DNA from: an uncultured Nitrospira sp.
GTDB lineage: Bacteria; Nitrospirota; Nitrospiria; Nitrospirales; Nitrospiraceae
Length of the DNA: 56,201 nt
NCBI GenBank assembly: GCA_964358535.1
Contig: CAYHQK010000001.1
Location: 1-56,201, forward strand
Direction: 5' to 3'
In this document: in pieces, positions 34,617 through 43,340 of the stretch
How positions within the stretch are numbered: position 1 is the first letter of the stretch
Layout: every line of letters begins with the position of its first letter
The notes under the pieces: generated by a model
What the model was told of the DNA's origin: nothing
Database searches by the model: none
The model's input: the letters and a program-made list of their open reading frames with translations, nothing else
Translations under genes and position numbers: made by a program

Positions 34617-35117
34617 ATGTCCACACATTCCAAGATTCCATCAGGCTTAGGCGCTCGCAGAGACCAAACCTATCAAGAGAAAGAACACGATACCTATAAA
34701 CTGAAAGGCAAGCTCAAGGAGCCGACGGTCTGCACCGAGTGCGAGGCTCTGTTCCATAACGGCCGCTGGACCTGGAACCCGAAACCGGCGGACGCCGACG
34801 AGATCATCTGCCCGGCCTGCCTCAGAATTCGGGACAAATATGCCAAAGGCTTCCTCACGCTGAGCGGGTCTTTTCTCACTGAGCACAAAGAAGAGATTAT
34901 GGGCGTGGTCCACAATACGGAGACCAAGGAAAAAACCGAGCACCCCCTGTCCCGCATCATGGGATACGAACAACAGGCCGCAGCCCTGATGATCTCCACG
35001 ACGGATACGCACCTCCCCCGGCGCATCGGAGAAGCCCTTCATCACGCTTATCAGGGAGAGCTCAACGTCCATTACGACGAAGGGGAGGAATTTATCCGGG
35101 TGGCGTGGACACGGTAA
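34617..35117 (+). CDS. BCAM0308-like (NMD3-related zinc-ribbon) family protein
   Basis: ...KEPTVCTECEALFHNGRWTW......ICPACLRIRDKYAKGFLTLSG.F...... layout as I remember it for this family. Confidence 0.6.
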   Translation: MSTHSKIPSGLGARRDQTYQEKEHDTYKLKGKLKEPTVCTECEALFHNGRWTWNPKPADADEIICPACLRIRDKYAKGFLTLSGSFLTEHKEEIMGVVHNTETKEKTEHPLSRIMGYEQQAAALMISTTDTHLPRRIGEALHHAYQGELNVHYDEGEEFIRVAWTR

Positions 35118-35166
35118 ACCCCGCACCCCATCCGTTGTTCTGAGAACAGAGAGGAAGGACAACCCT

Positions 35167-36024
35167 ATGCGCATCGCCATCGGAATCGACTGGTCAGACC
35201 AGTCATTCTCGGCCGTTCAGCAGACGCTCCTCTTGTTTTGTCCCAAAGAGATCACCCTTGTGCATGGCGTGGACTTGGGCATCTTCGAATATCCGGTCGT
35301 CGCCGGCGCCGCCGCACTGCAGGGATACGAGGAATTCCGGCAGGCCATGCTGGATGCCGGACATGAGTTGCTCCAACGGACCGCCGCCCTCATCCCTCCT
35401 GACGGGATCGCCGTCCAGCAGGTGCGCGAAGTCGGATCGCCCGCCACCATCGTACTCGACCAGGCAGAAAAAGCCGACGCCGACCTCGTAGTCATGGGGG
35501 CGCGCGGACGAGGACGAGTGGCTGAGTTGCTGCTCGGCAGCATGTCCCACCGGGTCCTGGCCCACGGCACGAAAACGACGCTGATCGTGAAGGGCTCCCC
35601 GAAGAGAATCCGCCGGGCCTTGATCGCCATCGAAGGCCGCCAGGACGCGCAGATGATTCGAGATTGGTTGATCGCACAGCCGTTCCGCGATCCGGTGGAG
35701 CTCTCGATCCTCACCGTCATTCCGTCGCTGCAGCTCGCCGACCCCTACAACATGGCCAGCTTCGCAGGCTGGGCCGATATCGCCATGAACTCGGCAGAAG
35801 ATCTGGTCAAGACGACGGCCGCCTCCCTGATGGGTGCCTCCTCCAGCGTTGCCGTACAAGTATTGAGCGGCGACCCGGCTCAGACGGTCGCAACACGGGC
35901 TGCCGACTTCGACCTCCTCATCGTGGGGTCGCACAGCCGTCGAGGCGTGAACCGTTTCCTACTCGGTAGCGTGTCGCATAGCATCGTCCATCAAGCGGCC
36001 TGCCCTGTGCTGGTCGTCCGCTAA
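35167..36024 (+). CDS. Universal stress protein, tandem Usp domains
   Basis: Two UspA-like halves; ATP-binding type motif MGARGRGRVAELLLGSMSHRVL and second-half GSHSRRGVNRFLLGSVSHSIV. Confidence 0.85.
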   Translation: MRIAIGIDWSDQSFSAVQQTLLLFCPKEITLVHGVDLGIFEYPVVAGAAALQGYEEFRQAMLDAGHELLQRTAALIPPDGIAVQQVREVGSPATIVLDQAEKADADLVVMGARGRGRVAELLLGSMSHRVLAHGTKTTLIVKGSPKRIRRALIAIEGRQDAQMIRDWLIAQPFRDPVELSILTVIPSLQLADPYNMASFAGWADIAMNSAEDLVKTTAASLMGASSSVAVQVLSGDPAQTVATRAADFDLLIVGSHSRRGVNRFLLGSVSHSIVHQAACPVLVVR

Positions 36025-36033
36025 TCACACAAA

Positions 36034-36158
36034 CAGGATGCTGAAAAAGTCCGCCAGCTTCGTTCTCGCCTTGAAAGCATCCTCAACGTAGCCAGAGGCT
36101 ACGCCTCCGGTGCTTTCATCGGCTGCGGCCTTACTGGACGAACTTTTTGAGCATCCGG
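36034..36158 (+). repeat. Type-A TIR element, short form (125 bp)
   Basis: CAGGATGCTGAAAAAGTCCGCCAGC / ACTGGACGAACTTTTTGAGCATCCGG; central hairpin CGTAGCC-aga-GGCTACG at 36087..36103 (compensatory C-G to G-C change relative to 6399..6415). Confidence 0.85.
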
Positions 36159-36188
36159 TAAAAGGATTATCGTTCGCGAGAAAGGCGC

Positions 36189-36236
36189 GATTCGAAGTTC
36201 TAGGTTCGCCGTTCCTCAAGCCTCGAACATCGAACC
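36189..36236. repeat. Type-D palindromic element
   Basis: GATTCGAAGTTCTAGGTTCG...CTCGAACATCGAACC shares both arms with 26355..26396. Confidence 0.5.
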
Positions 36237-36430
36237 CCAAACCCTCGCCCGTCCCGCCTTTCCAGCCAGTCCCGCTCTGCCACCCTGCCTCCCAATGCGG
36301 AAAGAGGCGACAGTGCCTGCTTACCGTTCTGCCCCGTAATGCCCCAACGACATCCAGGTACAAGCCAGCTCCCTTGACGAGACTGCCCTGCTAATGCGGT
36401 GTTGCCTCCTTCTCTTCGTCAGCCGCCGTC

Positions 36431-36446
36431 TGGCATTGCCGATGCA
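36431..36446 (+). promoter_or_regulatory. sigma-54-type -24/-12 promoter-like element (TGGCATtgccgATGCA)
   Basis: Canonical spacing; 70 nt upstream of ATG 36516. Confidence 0.6.
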
Positions 36447-36515
36447 TCCGAGACCAGTACAGCATAGGCCCAAAAGAACACAGGGCTCGCGCTAATTAGC
36501 GAACGAAGAGGCGTT

Positions 36516-37187
36516 ATGATTTTTCACGACCGTGCTCATGCCGGTGTGTTGTTGGCCAAGGAACTGGCTGCCTACCGTGGCGATCCGAACGCTCTGATTC
36601 TGGCCCTTCCTCGCGGCGGGGTGGTCGTCGGCTACGAACTGAGCACGGCGCTGCACCTGCCGATGAATATCTTCCTCACACGCAAACTTCGCACCGCAAA
36701 TAATCAGGGCTGTGCGATCGGGGCCGTCAGTGAAACGGGCGCGTTGTATGTGAATCAAGACGTGCTCGACGCCTGCCATCTATCCGGCGAAGACGTCGAC
36801 GAGTTGGTCTTGGGGGAAGAAGGAGAACTCAAGCGCCAGAAAACGCTCTATCGTCAAGGACGACCACTCCCCCCTCTGGCCAACCGCACGGTCATCCTGG
36901 TCGACGACGGCATCGCCACGGGCGCGACCCTCTTCGCGGCAATCAAATCCATGGCCGCTCTTGCTCCGCGCCGTGTGATTGTCGCCATTCCTGTCGCACC
37001 GCCAGACATAGGGGCGCACATCCGTCCGCTCGTCGACCAATGTGTGATCCTCGCAACACCGGAGCCCTTCTCGACCGTCGGAGCCCTCTACACAGAGTTT
37101 GAACCGGTGACGGACTCCCAAGTGCTGACGCTGCTGGAAACGGCGCATCGCGAATGCGCCAAACCGACATCCTTATCCTGGATCTAA
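36516..37187 (+). CDS. Phosphoribosyltransferase (COG1926-like), paralog 3 of 3
   Basis: FHDRAHAGVLLAKEL...ALPRGGVVVGYELSTALHLPMNIFLTRKL...VILVDDGIATGATL. Confidence 0.8.
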   Translation: MIFHDRAHAGVLLAKELAAYRGDPNALILALPRGGVVVGYELSTALHLPMNIFLTRKLRTANNQGCAIGAVSETGALYVNQDVLDACHLSGEDVDELVLGEEGELKRQKTLYRQGRPLPPLANRTVILVDDGIATGATLFAAIKSMAALAPRRVIVAIPVAPPDIGAHIRPLVDQCVILATPEPFSTVGALYTEFEPVTDSQVLTLLETAHRECAKPTSLSWI

Positions 37188-37212
37188 CGCAAAAGAACAG
37201 GGAGCAACCCGG

Positions 37213-38073
37213 ATGATGAAAATCGTAGCTGGCATCGATTGGTCGGACGAAGCCTTTGCCGCAGTGGAACAAATCGGTTTGCTCTACCGCCCGGCCGAAG
37301 TCGTCCTCGTCCATGGCGTGGACCTGGGCATGTTCCACTATCCGATCGTGGCCGAAGCCGCCAACATCCAGGGGTACGACGAATTCCGCCATGCCCTGCT
37401 GGAGGCCGGTCGTCAGGCTGTTGAACGTTGCCGCACCCTGCTGCCGGCTGACGTGCCCTCCGTCAAAACGCTCGTCGACGTTCACCAGCCGGCCTCCTTC
37501 ATTCTTGACAGCGCCGCATCGGCCAAGGCCGATCTGATCGCCGTGGGCACGCACAATCACAGCCGGGTCACGGAAGTCTTTGCCGGCAGTATTTCGCACC
37601 GCGTGCTTCTCCATGCCACGCTGCCGACCCTGGTCGTGAAGGGCAAAGCTCGACCCATCGCGCGCGTCCTCATGGCGGTGGAAGGCCGCGAGGATGCGAT
37701 TCGTTTGCAACAATGGCTGACCGCGCATCCCTTTAAGAATCCCGTCGCCGTCACCGTCCTCTCGGTCGTCCCCTCGCTCCACGTGGTCGAGCCCCATATG
37801 CTGATCGGACTCGCCGGCTGGTCCGAACAGCAGAAGCAGCATGCCGAACAGGTGGCAAAGGACACGGCCAAGGTGCTGGCCAGCTCGCACTTCACCGCCA
37901 CAGGAGAGGTCCGCCTGGGCGATCCCGTGACGACGGTGTGCGAGGCAGGCACCGCCTATGACCTGATCGTGGTCGGCTCCCATGGACGCAAGGGACTCGA
38001 TCGATTCCTGATGGGCAGTGTATCGCACGGAATCGTGCATCGGGCCGGCTGCTCGGTGCTCGTCGTGCGCTGA
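37213..38073 (+). CDS. Universal stress protein, tandem Usp domains (paralog of 35167..36024)
   Basis: MMKIVAGIDWSDEAFAAVEQ... collinear with MRIAIGIDWSDQSFSAVQQ...; ends GSHGRKGLDRFLMGSVSHGIVHRAGCSVLVVR. Confidence 0.85.
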   Translation: MMKIVAGIDWSDEAFAAVEQIGLLYRPAEVVLVHGVDLGMFHYPIVAEAANIQGYDEFRHALLEAGRQAVERCRTLLPADVPSVKTLVDVHQPASFILDSAASAKADLIAVGTHNHSRVTEVFAGSISHRVLLHATLPTLVVKGKARPIARVLMAVEGREDAIRLQQWLTAHPFKNPVAVTVLSVVPSLHVVEPHMLIGLAGWSEQQKQHAEQVAKDTAKVLASSHFTATGEVRLGDPVTTVCEAGTAYDLIVVGSHGRKGLDRFLMGSVSHGIVHRAGCSVLVVR

Positions 38074-38133
38074 CCGCCCGATGCTGGTGCAACCGCCCGT
38101 CCGCAACGATTTATCCATGAAGGGATTGAGGAC

Positions 38134-38496
38134 ATGAACTTTCGAGTGATACTGAGCGCGCTGGTACTGGTGATAGGATGCAGCTCATGGGTCGCCGCGC
38201 AGGCGGGTCGCGGAAATCCTCAAGCAGGCCAGATGGTCTATGAGAATAATTGCCTGCGTTGTCACGGCGAGAAGTTAGACGGGGCCGGGCCGGAGGGTCA
38301 GTATCTGATCGTACGCCCTGCCAACCTCCAGTCCTCCGCCTCGCGCGCGAAAACCGATTGGGAACTCTTGATCACCATCTCGCACGGCGCAGCCTTCACT
38401 CCCATGCATGGATTCCGGGGGAAATTGACGGACCAGCAAATGCTGGATGTGCTGGCCTATGTGCGGATGATGGCGCCGTTCGACCAACTCAGTTGA
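38134..38496 (+). CDS. Class I c-type cytochrome (monohaem)
   Basis: Signal peptide, CLRCHG haem-binding motif, distal Met region (FTPMHGF). Confidence 0.8.
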   Translation: MNFRVILSALVLVIGCSSWVAAQAGRGNPQAGQMVYENNCLRCHGEKLDGAGPEGQYLIVRPANLQSSASRAKTDWELLITISHGAAFTPMHGFRGKLTDQQMLDVLAYVRMMAPFDQLS

Positions 38497-38518
38497 CGTC
38501 CGACATGGCGATGGAGTC

Positions 38519-39724
38519 ATGATCGCCCACCGGCTCTTCGTCCTGGCGCTCCTCCTGACCACTCTGGCCTGTCCGCGTGGGAGCGCCGCAGTCGAGCCGA
38601 CAGGTGAGCAGCCTGACATTGAGGCCTTTGTTCGACAAGGCTGCCCTCATTGCACAGAGGCCAAACGGTTTCTCGAAGACCTTCAGCGAAACCGGACGAG
38701 CCTTCGGGTCGCGTTGCGTGATGTCGGAGAGGACCCTACCGCCTTGCGCCACCTGCAAGAGCTGGCTGTCCGGTATGGCGTCCGGGCAGTGGGTGTGCCG
38801 GCTTTTCATCTACGCGGCAACTTGATCGTTGGATATGCAAACGCTGAATCGACCGGCTCGAAAATCACGGCACTCCTCGATCAGCCATTCCCGGAATCCG
38901 CTAGCGGTTTGCAGGAAGGGGCTTGCCGGCCTGAAACCGATTCTTCCTGCATTGATACAGCGCGTCCTCCTCCCCGTCCCTCTGATACTGTTGAGACTCG
39001 CTGGTTTGGCCGTCTCAGTGCCGACGAACTGGGGCTCCCGCTCTTCACCATCGTCATCGGACTCCTGGACGGATTCAATCCCTGCGCGATGTGGGTCCTG
39101 CTCTTTCTATTGTCGTTGCTCGTCAATCTTCATGATCGACTAAAAATGGCCTTCATCGCCGGGACCTTCGTCGCCGTCAGCGGTCTAGTCTACTTCGCCT
39201 TCATGGCAGCCTGGCTCAATATGTTTCTCCTGATCGGGCTCTCACGCCCCCTCCAAATCGGGCTTGCCGGCATCGCCCTCTTGCTGGGAGCGGTCAATGT
39301 GCAGGACTTCTTCGTCTTGCATCGCGGCATCTCCCTGAGCATTCCAGAATCCGCCAAGCCGGGACTGTACGTTCGCATCCGCCGAATACTCCAAGCCGAC
39401 AACCTCACTGGCGCCCTGGCTGGCATCGTGGTTCTGGCAGGATTCGTGAACCTGGTCGAACTGCTCTGTACCGCCGGGCTCCCAGCCCTCTACACACAGA
39501 TTCTGACCCTGCAACAGATGCCTTCTTGGAAATATTATGGCTACCTCGGCCTCTATAACCTGGCTTACATTTTCGATGACAGCCTCATGGTGACCATTGC
39601 GGTGGTCACGCTCAGTCGCGAAAAACTGCAAAAGCGGGCAGGCCGTTGGCTGAAACTGATCAGCGGCCTGGTGATGGTGAGCTTAGGTGCCGTCTTGCTT
39701 CTTCACCCCAAGTGGCTTATCTGA
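38519..39724 (+). CDS. Thioredoxin/glutaredoxin-fold (CPHC) domain fused to a polytopic membrane domain
   Basis: Signal, GCPHCTEAKRFLEDL...GVPAFHLRGNLIVGY glutaredoxin-like fold, then six or so TM helices with GFNPCAMWVLLFLL and ELLCTAGLP. Confidence 0.6.
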   Translation: MIAHRLFVLALLLTTLACPRGSAAVEPTGEQPDIEAFVRQGCPHCTEAKRFLEDLQRNRTSLRVALRDVGEDPTALRHLQELAVRYGVRAVGVPAFHLRGNLIVGYANAESTGSKITALLDQPFPESASGLQEGACRPETDSSCIDTARPPPRPSDTVETRWFGRLSADELGLPLFTIVIGLLDGFNPCAMWVLLFLLSLLVNLHDRLKMAFIAGTFVAVSGLVYFAFMAAWLNMFLLIGLSRPLQIGLAGIALLLGAVNVQDFFVLHRGISLSIPESAKPGLYVRIRRILQADNLTGALAGIVVLAGFVNLVELLCTAGLPALYTQILTLQQMPSWKYYGYLGLYNLAYIFDDSLMVTIAVVTLSREKLQKRAGRWLKLISGLVMVSLGAVLLLHPKWLI

Positions 39725-39756
39725 TTTATGCGCAGAGAGGAGCAATCCATTTAGCC

Positions 39757-41931
39757 ATGCCGCAATCATCACCTCGCTCCACAGTTGATTCACTCAAACC
39801 GTTTTTCCATCCTCGTTCCGTCGCGGTCATCGGCGCATCACGCAATAACACACACATCGGCTACCGGCTGCTCGAATCGCTCCAAGAAGGCCGCTTCGCC
39901 GGCACGATCCTCCCGGTCAATCCACAGGCCACCGAGATTGCAGGACTTCCAGCGTTTCCCTCGCTGAGATCGATTCCCGACCCTGTCGATCTTGCAATCA
40001 TTGCAGTGCCTCCCAACGCAGTCCTCGATGTCATTGACGACTGTGCCGCCAAGAACGTTACAGCAGTCATCCTCATCACGGCGGGATTTGCCGAAACAGG
40101 CGGATCGGGAACTTCGCTCGAACAGCAACTCCGAGAGAAAGTCCGGCAGCATGGGATACGCCTGATCGGGCCGAATTGCTTCGGACTCATGAACCTCGAT
40201 CCAACCGTTCGTCTCAACGCGACCTATACGCCGATATTCCCTCCCGCCGGTCGAGTCGCCATCGCCTCGGAAAGCGGCGGCCTCGGGCTCGCCGTGGTCA
40301 TGGCAGCACAGCGCCTGAATCTCGGCCTCTCCAACTTCGTCAGCGTCGGCAATCATGCGGATGTCACAGCCATCGATCTTCTGGAGTATTGGGAGCAGGA
40401 CCGAGCCACCGATGTCATCCTCCTCTATCTCGAAACCATCGTCGATCCTCAACGCTTCAGACAGATCGCCGAGCGGGTGGGACGAAAAAAACCGATCGTC
40501 GTCTTGAAAGCAGGCCGGACATCGGCAGGCCAATCTGCTGCCGGATCACACACGGCGGCTCTGGCCACGAACGATAAGGCGGTGGACGCATTGTTCACAC
40601 AATGCGGAGTGATCCGGGCAAAAACCCTGGAAGAGTTTCTGGCATTGGCCACCGGCCTGTCTGCCCAGCCGATCCCTGGCGGGTACAACGTCGGCATCCT
40701 GACCAATTCCGGCGGCCCCGGAGTGCTCTGCGCCGATAGTTGCGCAACAGAAGGGCTCGCCGTATCGGAATTGTCCAGGCAGACACAAGCGACCCTCGCA
40801 TCCTTTCTGCCTCCCACAGCGGCGCTCAGAAATCCTGTCGATATGATCGGCTTTGCCACAGAAGATCAACATGCGAAGGCCGTCGAAACGATGCTCAAGG
40901 CGGACGAGACCGACGCCCTCATCATCCTGCACGTATCGGTCAGAGCGACAGATAATGACCAAGTGGCAGCAGGAATCGTGCGAGGCATCAGCGCAGCCAG
41001 ACAAACAATCGGACGAAACAAACCGGTCTATCTCTGCTGGATGGCAGAAGGAGACTTGGAGCGGACATTTACCGTCGAGGGGGAAACCATTCCCACCTAC
41101 CAGCACCCTGAGACTCCGGCCCGCATCCTCCATCATGCACTCACATATGACGCCTGGCGACGACAACCAATCGGGCAGGTGCCGAGCTTCAGGGATATTG
41201 ATCTATCGAAGGCACAAACGATATGCGCCAAGGCGCTGTCGGAGCGTGGATCTGGCTGGCTCACCACAGAAGAGACCCATGCCATTCTCGCAGCGATGAA
41301 ATTACCGCTTGCGCCAGGAGCAGTGGCAACCAGCGCAGAGGAGGCGGTGAAGTTGGCGCGCGCGATCGGATTTCCTGTTGCGCTGAAACTCGCGTCCTGT
41401 CAGATCGTTCACAAGACCGAGATCGGCGCGGTGCGGTTGAATCTGGCAGATGAACAAGCCGTGCACAACGCCTTTGAAGCGATCAGGTCCAGACTCGCGC
41501 AGGATCACAAGCTGGATGCGATGGAAGGAGTGCTCGTGCAGCCGATGCTGTCAGGCGACATAGAAGTGATGGCAGGCATGACCCGCGATCCACTCTTCGG
41601 GCCGCTGATCGCCTTCGGCTTAGGAGGCATTCACGTGGAGATTCTCGGCGACGTGCAGTTCCGCGTTGCTCCGCTGACCGACCGCGATGCAGCCCAGATG
41701 GTGCGCGAGATTAAGGGCTATCGGTTGCTGCAAGGCTACCGAGGCCAATCGCCAGCCGACGTAAGAGCGATCGAAGAGGTCCTGCTTCGCCTGTCGCAGC
41801 TGGTGGAAGAAATCCCTGAAATCAGCGAACTCGATCTGAATCCGATCTTTGCTCTACCGGAAGGACAAGGCTGCAAAATCGTTGATGCGAGAGTCCGTGT
41901 TTCGATGAATACGACTCTACCTGCAGATTAG
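39757..41931 (+). CDS. ADP-forming acetyl-CoA synthetase / acetate--CoA ligase family protein (fused CoA-binding + ATP-grasp)
   Basis: FFHPRSVAVIGASRN...GY, ...LIGPNCFGL..., ...NSGGPGVL..D, C-terminal ATP-grasp (...VALKLAS..I.HKTE.GAV.LN...); Met 39757 preferred to track start inside the upstream gene end. Confidence 0.8.
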   Translation: MPQSSPRSTVDSLKPFFHPRSVAVIGASRNNTHIGYRLLESLQEGRFAGTILPVNPQATEIAGLPAFPSLRSIPDPVDLAIIAVPPNAVLDVIDDCAAKNVTAVILITAGFAETGGSGTSLEQQLREKVRQHGIRLIGPNCFGLMNLDPTVRLNATYTPIFPPAGRVAIASESGGLGLAVVMAAQRLNLGLSNFVSVGNHADVTAIDLLEYWEQDRATDVILLYLETIVDPQRFRQIAERVGRKKPIVVLKAGRTSAGQSAAGSHTAALATNDKAVDALFTQCGVIRAKTLEEFLALATGLSAQPIPGGYNVGILTNSGGPGVLCADSCATEGLAVSELSRQTQATLASFLPPTAALRNPVDMIGFATEDQHAKAVETMLKADETDALIILHVSVRATDNDQVAAGIVRGISAARQTIGRNKPVYLCWMAEGDLERTFTVEGETIPTYQHPETPARILHHALTYDAWRRQPIGQVPSFRDIDLSKAQTICAKALSERGSGWLTTEETHAILAAMKLPLAPGAVATSAEEAVKLARAIGFPVALKLASCQIVHKTEIGAVRLNLADEQAVHNAFEAIRSRLAQDHKLDAMEGVLVQPMLSGDIEVMAGMTRDPLFGPLIAFGLGGIHVEILGDVQFRVAPLTDRDAAQMVREIKGYRLLQGYRGQSPADVRAIEEVLLRLSQLVEEIPEISELDLNPIFALPEGQGCKIVDARVRVSMNTTLPAD

Positions 41932-41952
41932 CAGACCTCAGTTAATTCAGCC

Positions 41953-42762
41953 TTATTGGGCAATCTCGAGCAAATCAAAGAGCACTGTGTCCACATAGCG
42001 TTTTATCTTCTGCACTTCACCTTTGCTTTGGTGGATGTGCGTAGCAAGAGATGCTCGGTTATATACTGCTCGCATTACCTCACCAGAAAGTTCGTCGATC
42101 AGTTTCAGCATCTTCTCTGCGGAGTCCCTTTGAGTCTTGTTTCGTTCTCGGGACGTCAGGATGTATCGGGTCTTCTGTTTCATAGTGGGCTTATTCTGAC
42201 CGTCCTCAGGCTTGTACCACGCCTGGGCTTCCACATCCGCATCAGGCGCCAGTTGATCAAGCGTTTCTCTCAACGACTCTCGGAACTCCGCAGCGGTACC
42301 TCGATAGGACAGCCGCTCCGAGCCAGTTAAGTCTGACAACCCTTGTCGATAGGAGGCTGCTGCGCTCGGCACGAGAGACTCAAGTGTTTTGAGAATCAAG
42401 GTCTCCTCACGGGAAAGAGACATGCTCGTCCCCAGTTGTGTCGCCGGGACTACAGGCGTGGATAGAGCAGAGATATTGAATTCTGACAACTCCTTCCTGA
42501 GCGCACCAACAGTCTTTAGATAGGTTCGGCGAACATTGCTCCCATGAGCCAGGCGCACTAACTGTTGCCATAGGCCATCGTGACGTAGGAGAGAATCGGT
42601 CTCACCGACAGTGGTAACCAAATGTGGTCGTACATCGTTGAAATAACGCGTGGCGAGTCCGACAGCCCGATCTTTAGAACTTTGGTCGTTAACGTTGACC
42701 GCTTGCGTTCGGCGCAAGGATGCGCCGAACGCTTCAACGTCGGCAATGAGTTGGCCAATCAT
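41953..42762 (-). CDS. Helical protein with C-terminal Rx5H (HEPN-like) motif; unknown family
   Basis: 269-aa ORF; R236-ASLAT-H242 (nt 42037..42057, verified by hand translation) fits HEPN Rx4-6H; start overlaps the upstream stop (TAATG); lower GC than flanks. Confidence 0.6.
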   Translation of the reverse strand: MIGQLIADVEAFGASLRRTQAVNVNDQSSKDRAVGLATRYFNDVRPHLVTTVGETDSLLRHDGLWQQLVRLAHGSNVRRTYLKTVGALRKELSEFNISALSTPVVPATQLGTSMSLSREETLILKTLESLVPSAAASYRQGLSDLTGSERLSYRGTAAEFRESLRETLDQLAPDADVEAQAWYKPEDGQNKPTMKQKTRYILTSRERNKTQRDSAEKMLKLIDELSGEVMRAVYNRASLATHIHQSKGEVQKIKRYVDTVLFDLLEIAQ

Positions 42763-43340
42763 TACCGTTTCTTCGCGCGCCGCGCCTTCTTCGCCGGCTT
42801 TCTTCGTGAAGCTGTCTTGCCATCTTCGCCGCGTGGCATACTGTGAACCACTAGGTTGTGGCCAACCGCATTTAGCTTGTACTCACCGCTTCCAACCGCA
42901 TCTAGATACCCTGCGGCCTTAGCGTTTTGTAGGGTGAACTGAGTCTTCGTAAGTGGGAACTCAGCGATCTTGAAGTACGTTTCAATATCCTTGGCCGTAA
43001 TACGGTCTTTGCGGTCCGCCTTCGGTGCCGCATTCGCCAGGTAATACGCCACAAGCGTCGCCATCTCGTTCGCGGACCGTGGTTTCTTCTGCTCCTTGAG
43101 GGCTTTAATATGAACCAACGATGTTGGCTGCTCAACCCCTGCTTCGGCTGCGCCCCGCGTCGCATCCACTTTAGTAGTCGATACACCAGAGGTCGAAGTC
43201 TGTGTGGGGGGGATCAAGACGATCTGGAGACGATGCAGCACATACCCTAGAACGCTTGCGCGAACGTCGCCCGATAACGGCTCAAGGGCATGGAGGACAG
43301 CCTTAATAGCCTCGATCTCTTTATCAATCTGTTCTGCCAC
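42762..43340 (-). CDS. Winged-helix-like protein with Lys/Arg-rich C-terminal tail; unknown family
   Basis: 192-aa ORF; ...ITAKDIETYFKIAEFPLTKTQFTLQNAKAAGYLDAVGSGEYKLNAVGHNLV... then RRKPAKKARRAKKR; translationally coupled to 41953..42762. Confidence 0.6.
   Translation of the reverse strand: MAEQIDKEIEAIKAVLHALEPLSGDVRASVLGYVLHRLQIVLIPPTQTSTSGVSTTKVDATRGAAEAGVEQPTSLVHIKALKEQKKPRSANEMATLVAYYLANAAPKADRKDRITAKDIETYFKIAEFPLTKTQFTLQNAKAAGYLDAVGSGEYKLNAVGHNLVVHSMPRGEDGKTASRRKPAKKARRAKKR

Noticed and set aside
4802-36158. Type-A terminus CTGGCGGACTTTTTCAGCAT as a sigma-54 promoter
   Set aside because: GG and GC are 14 nt apart instead of the 12-nt offset seen in the consensus. Sigma-54 promoters tolerate almost no spacing change.
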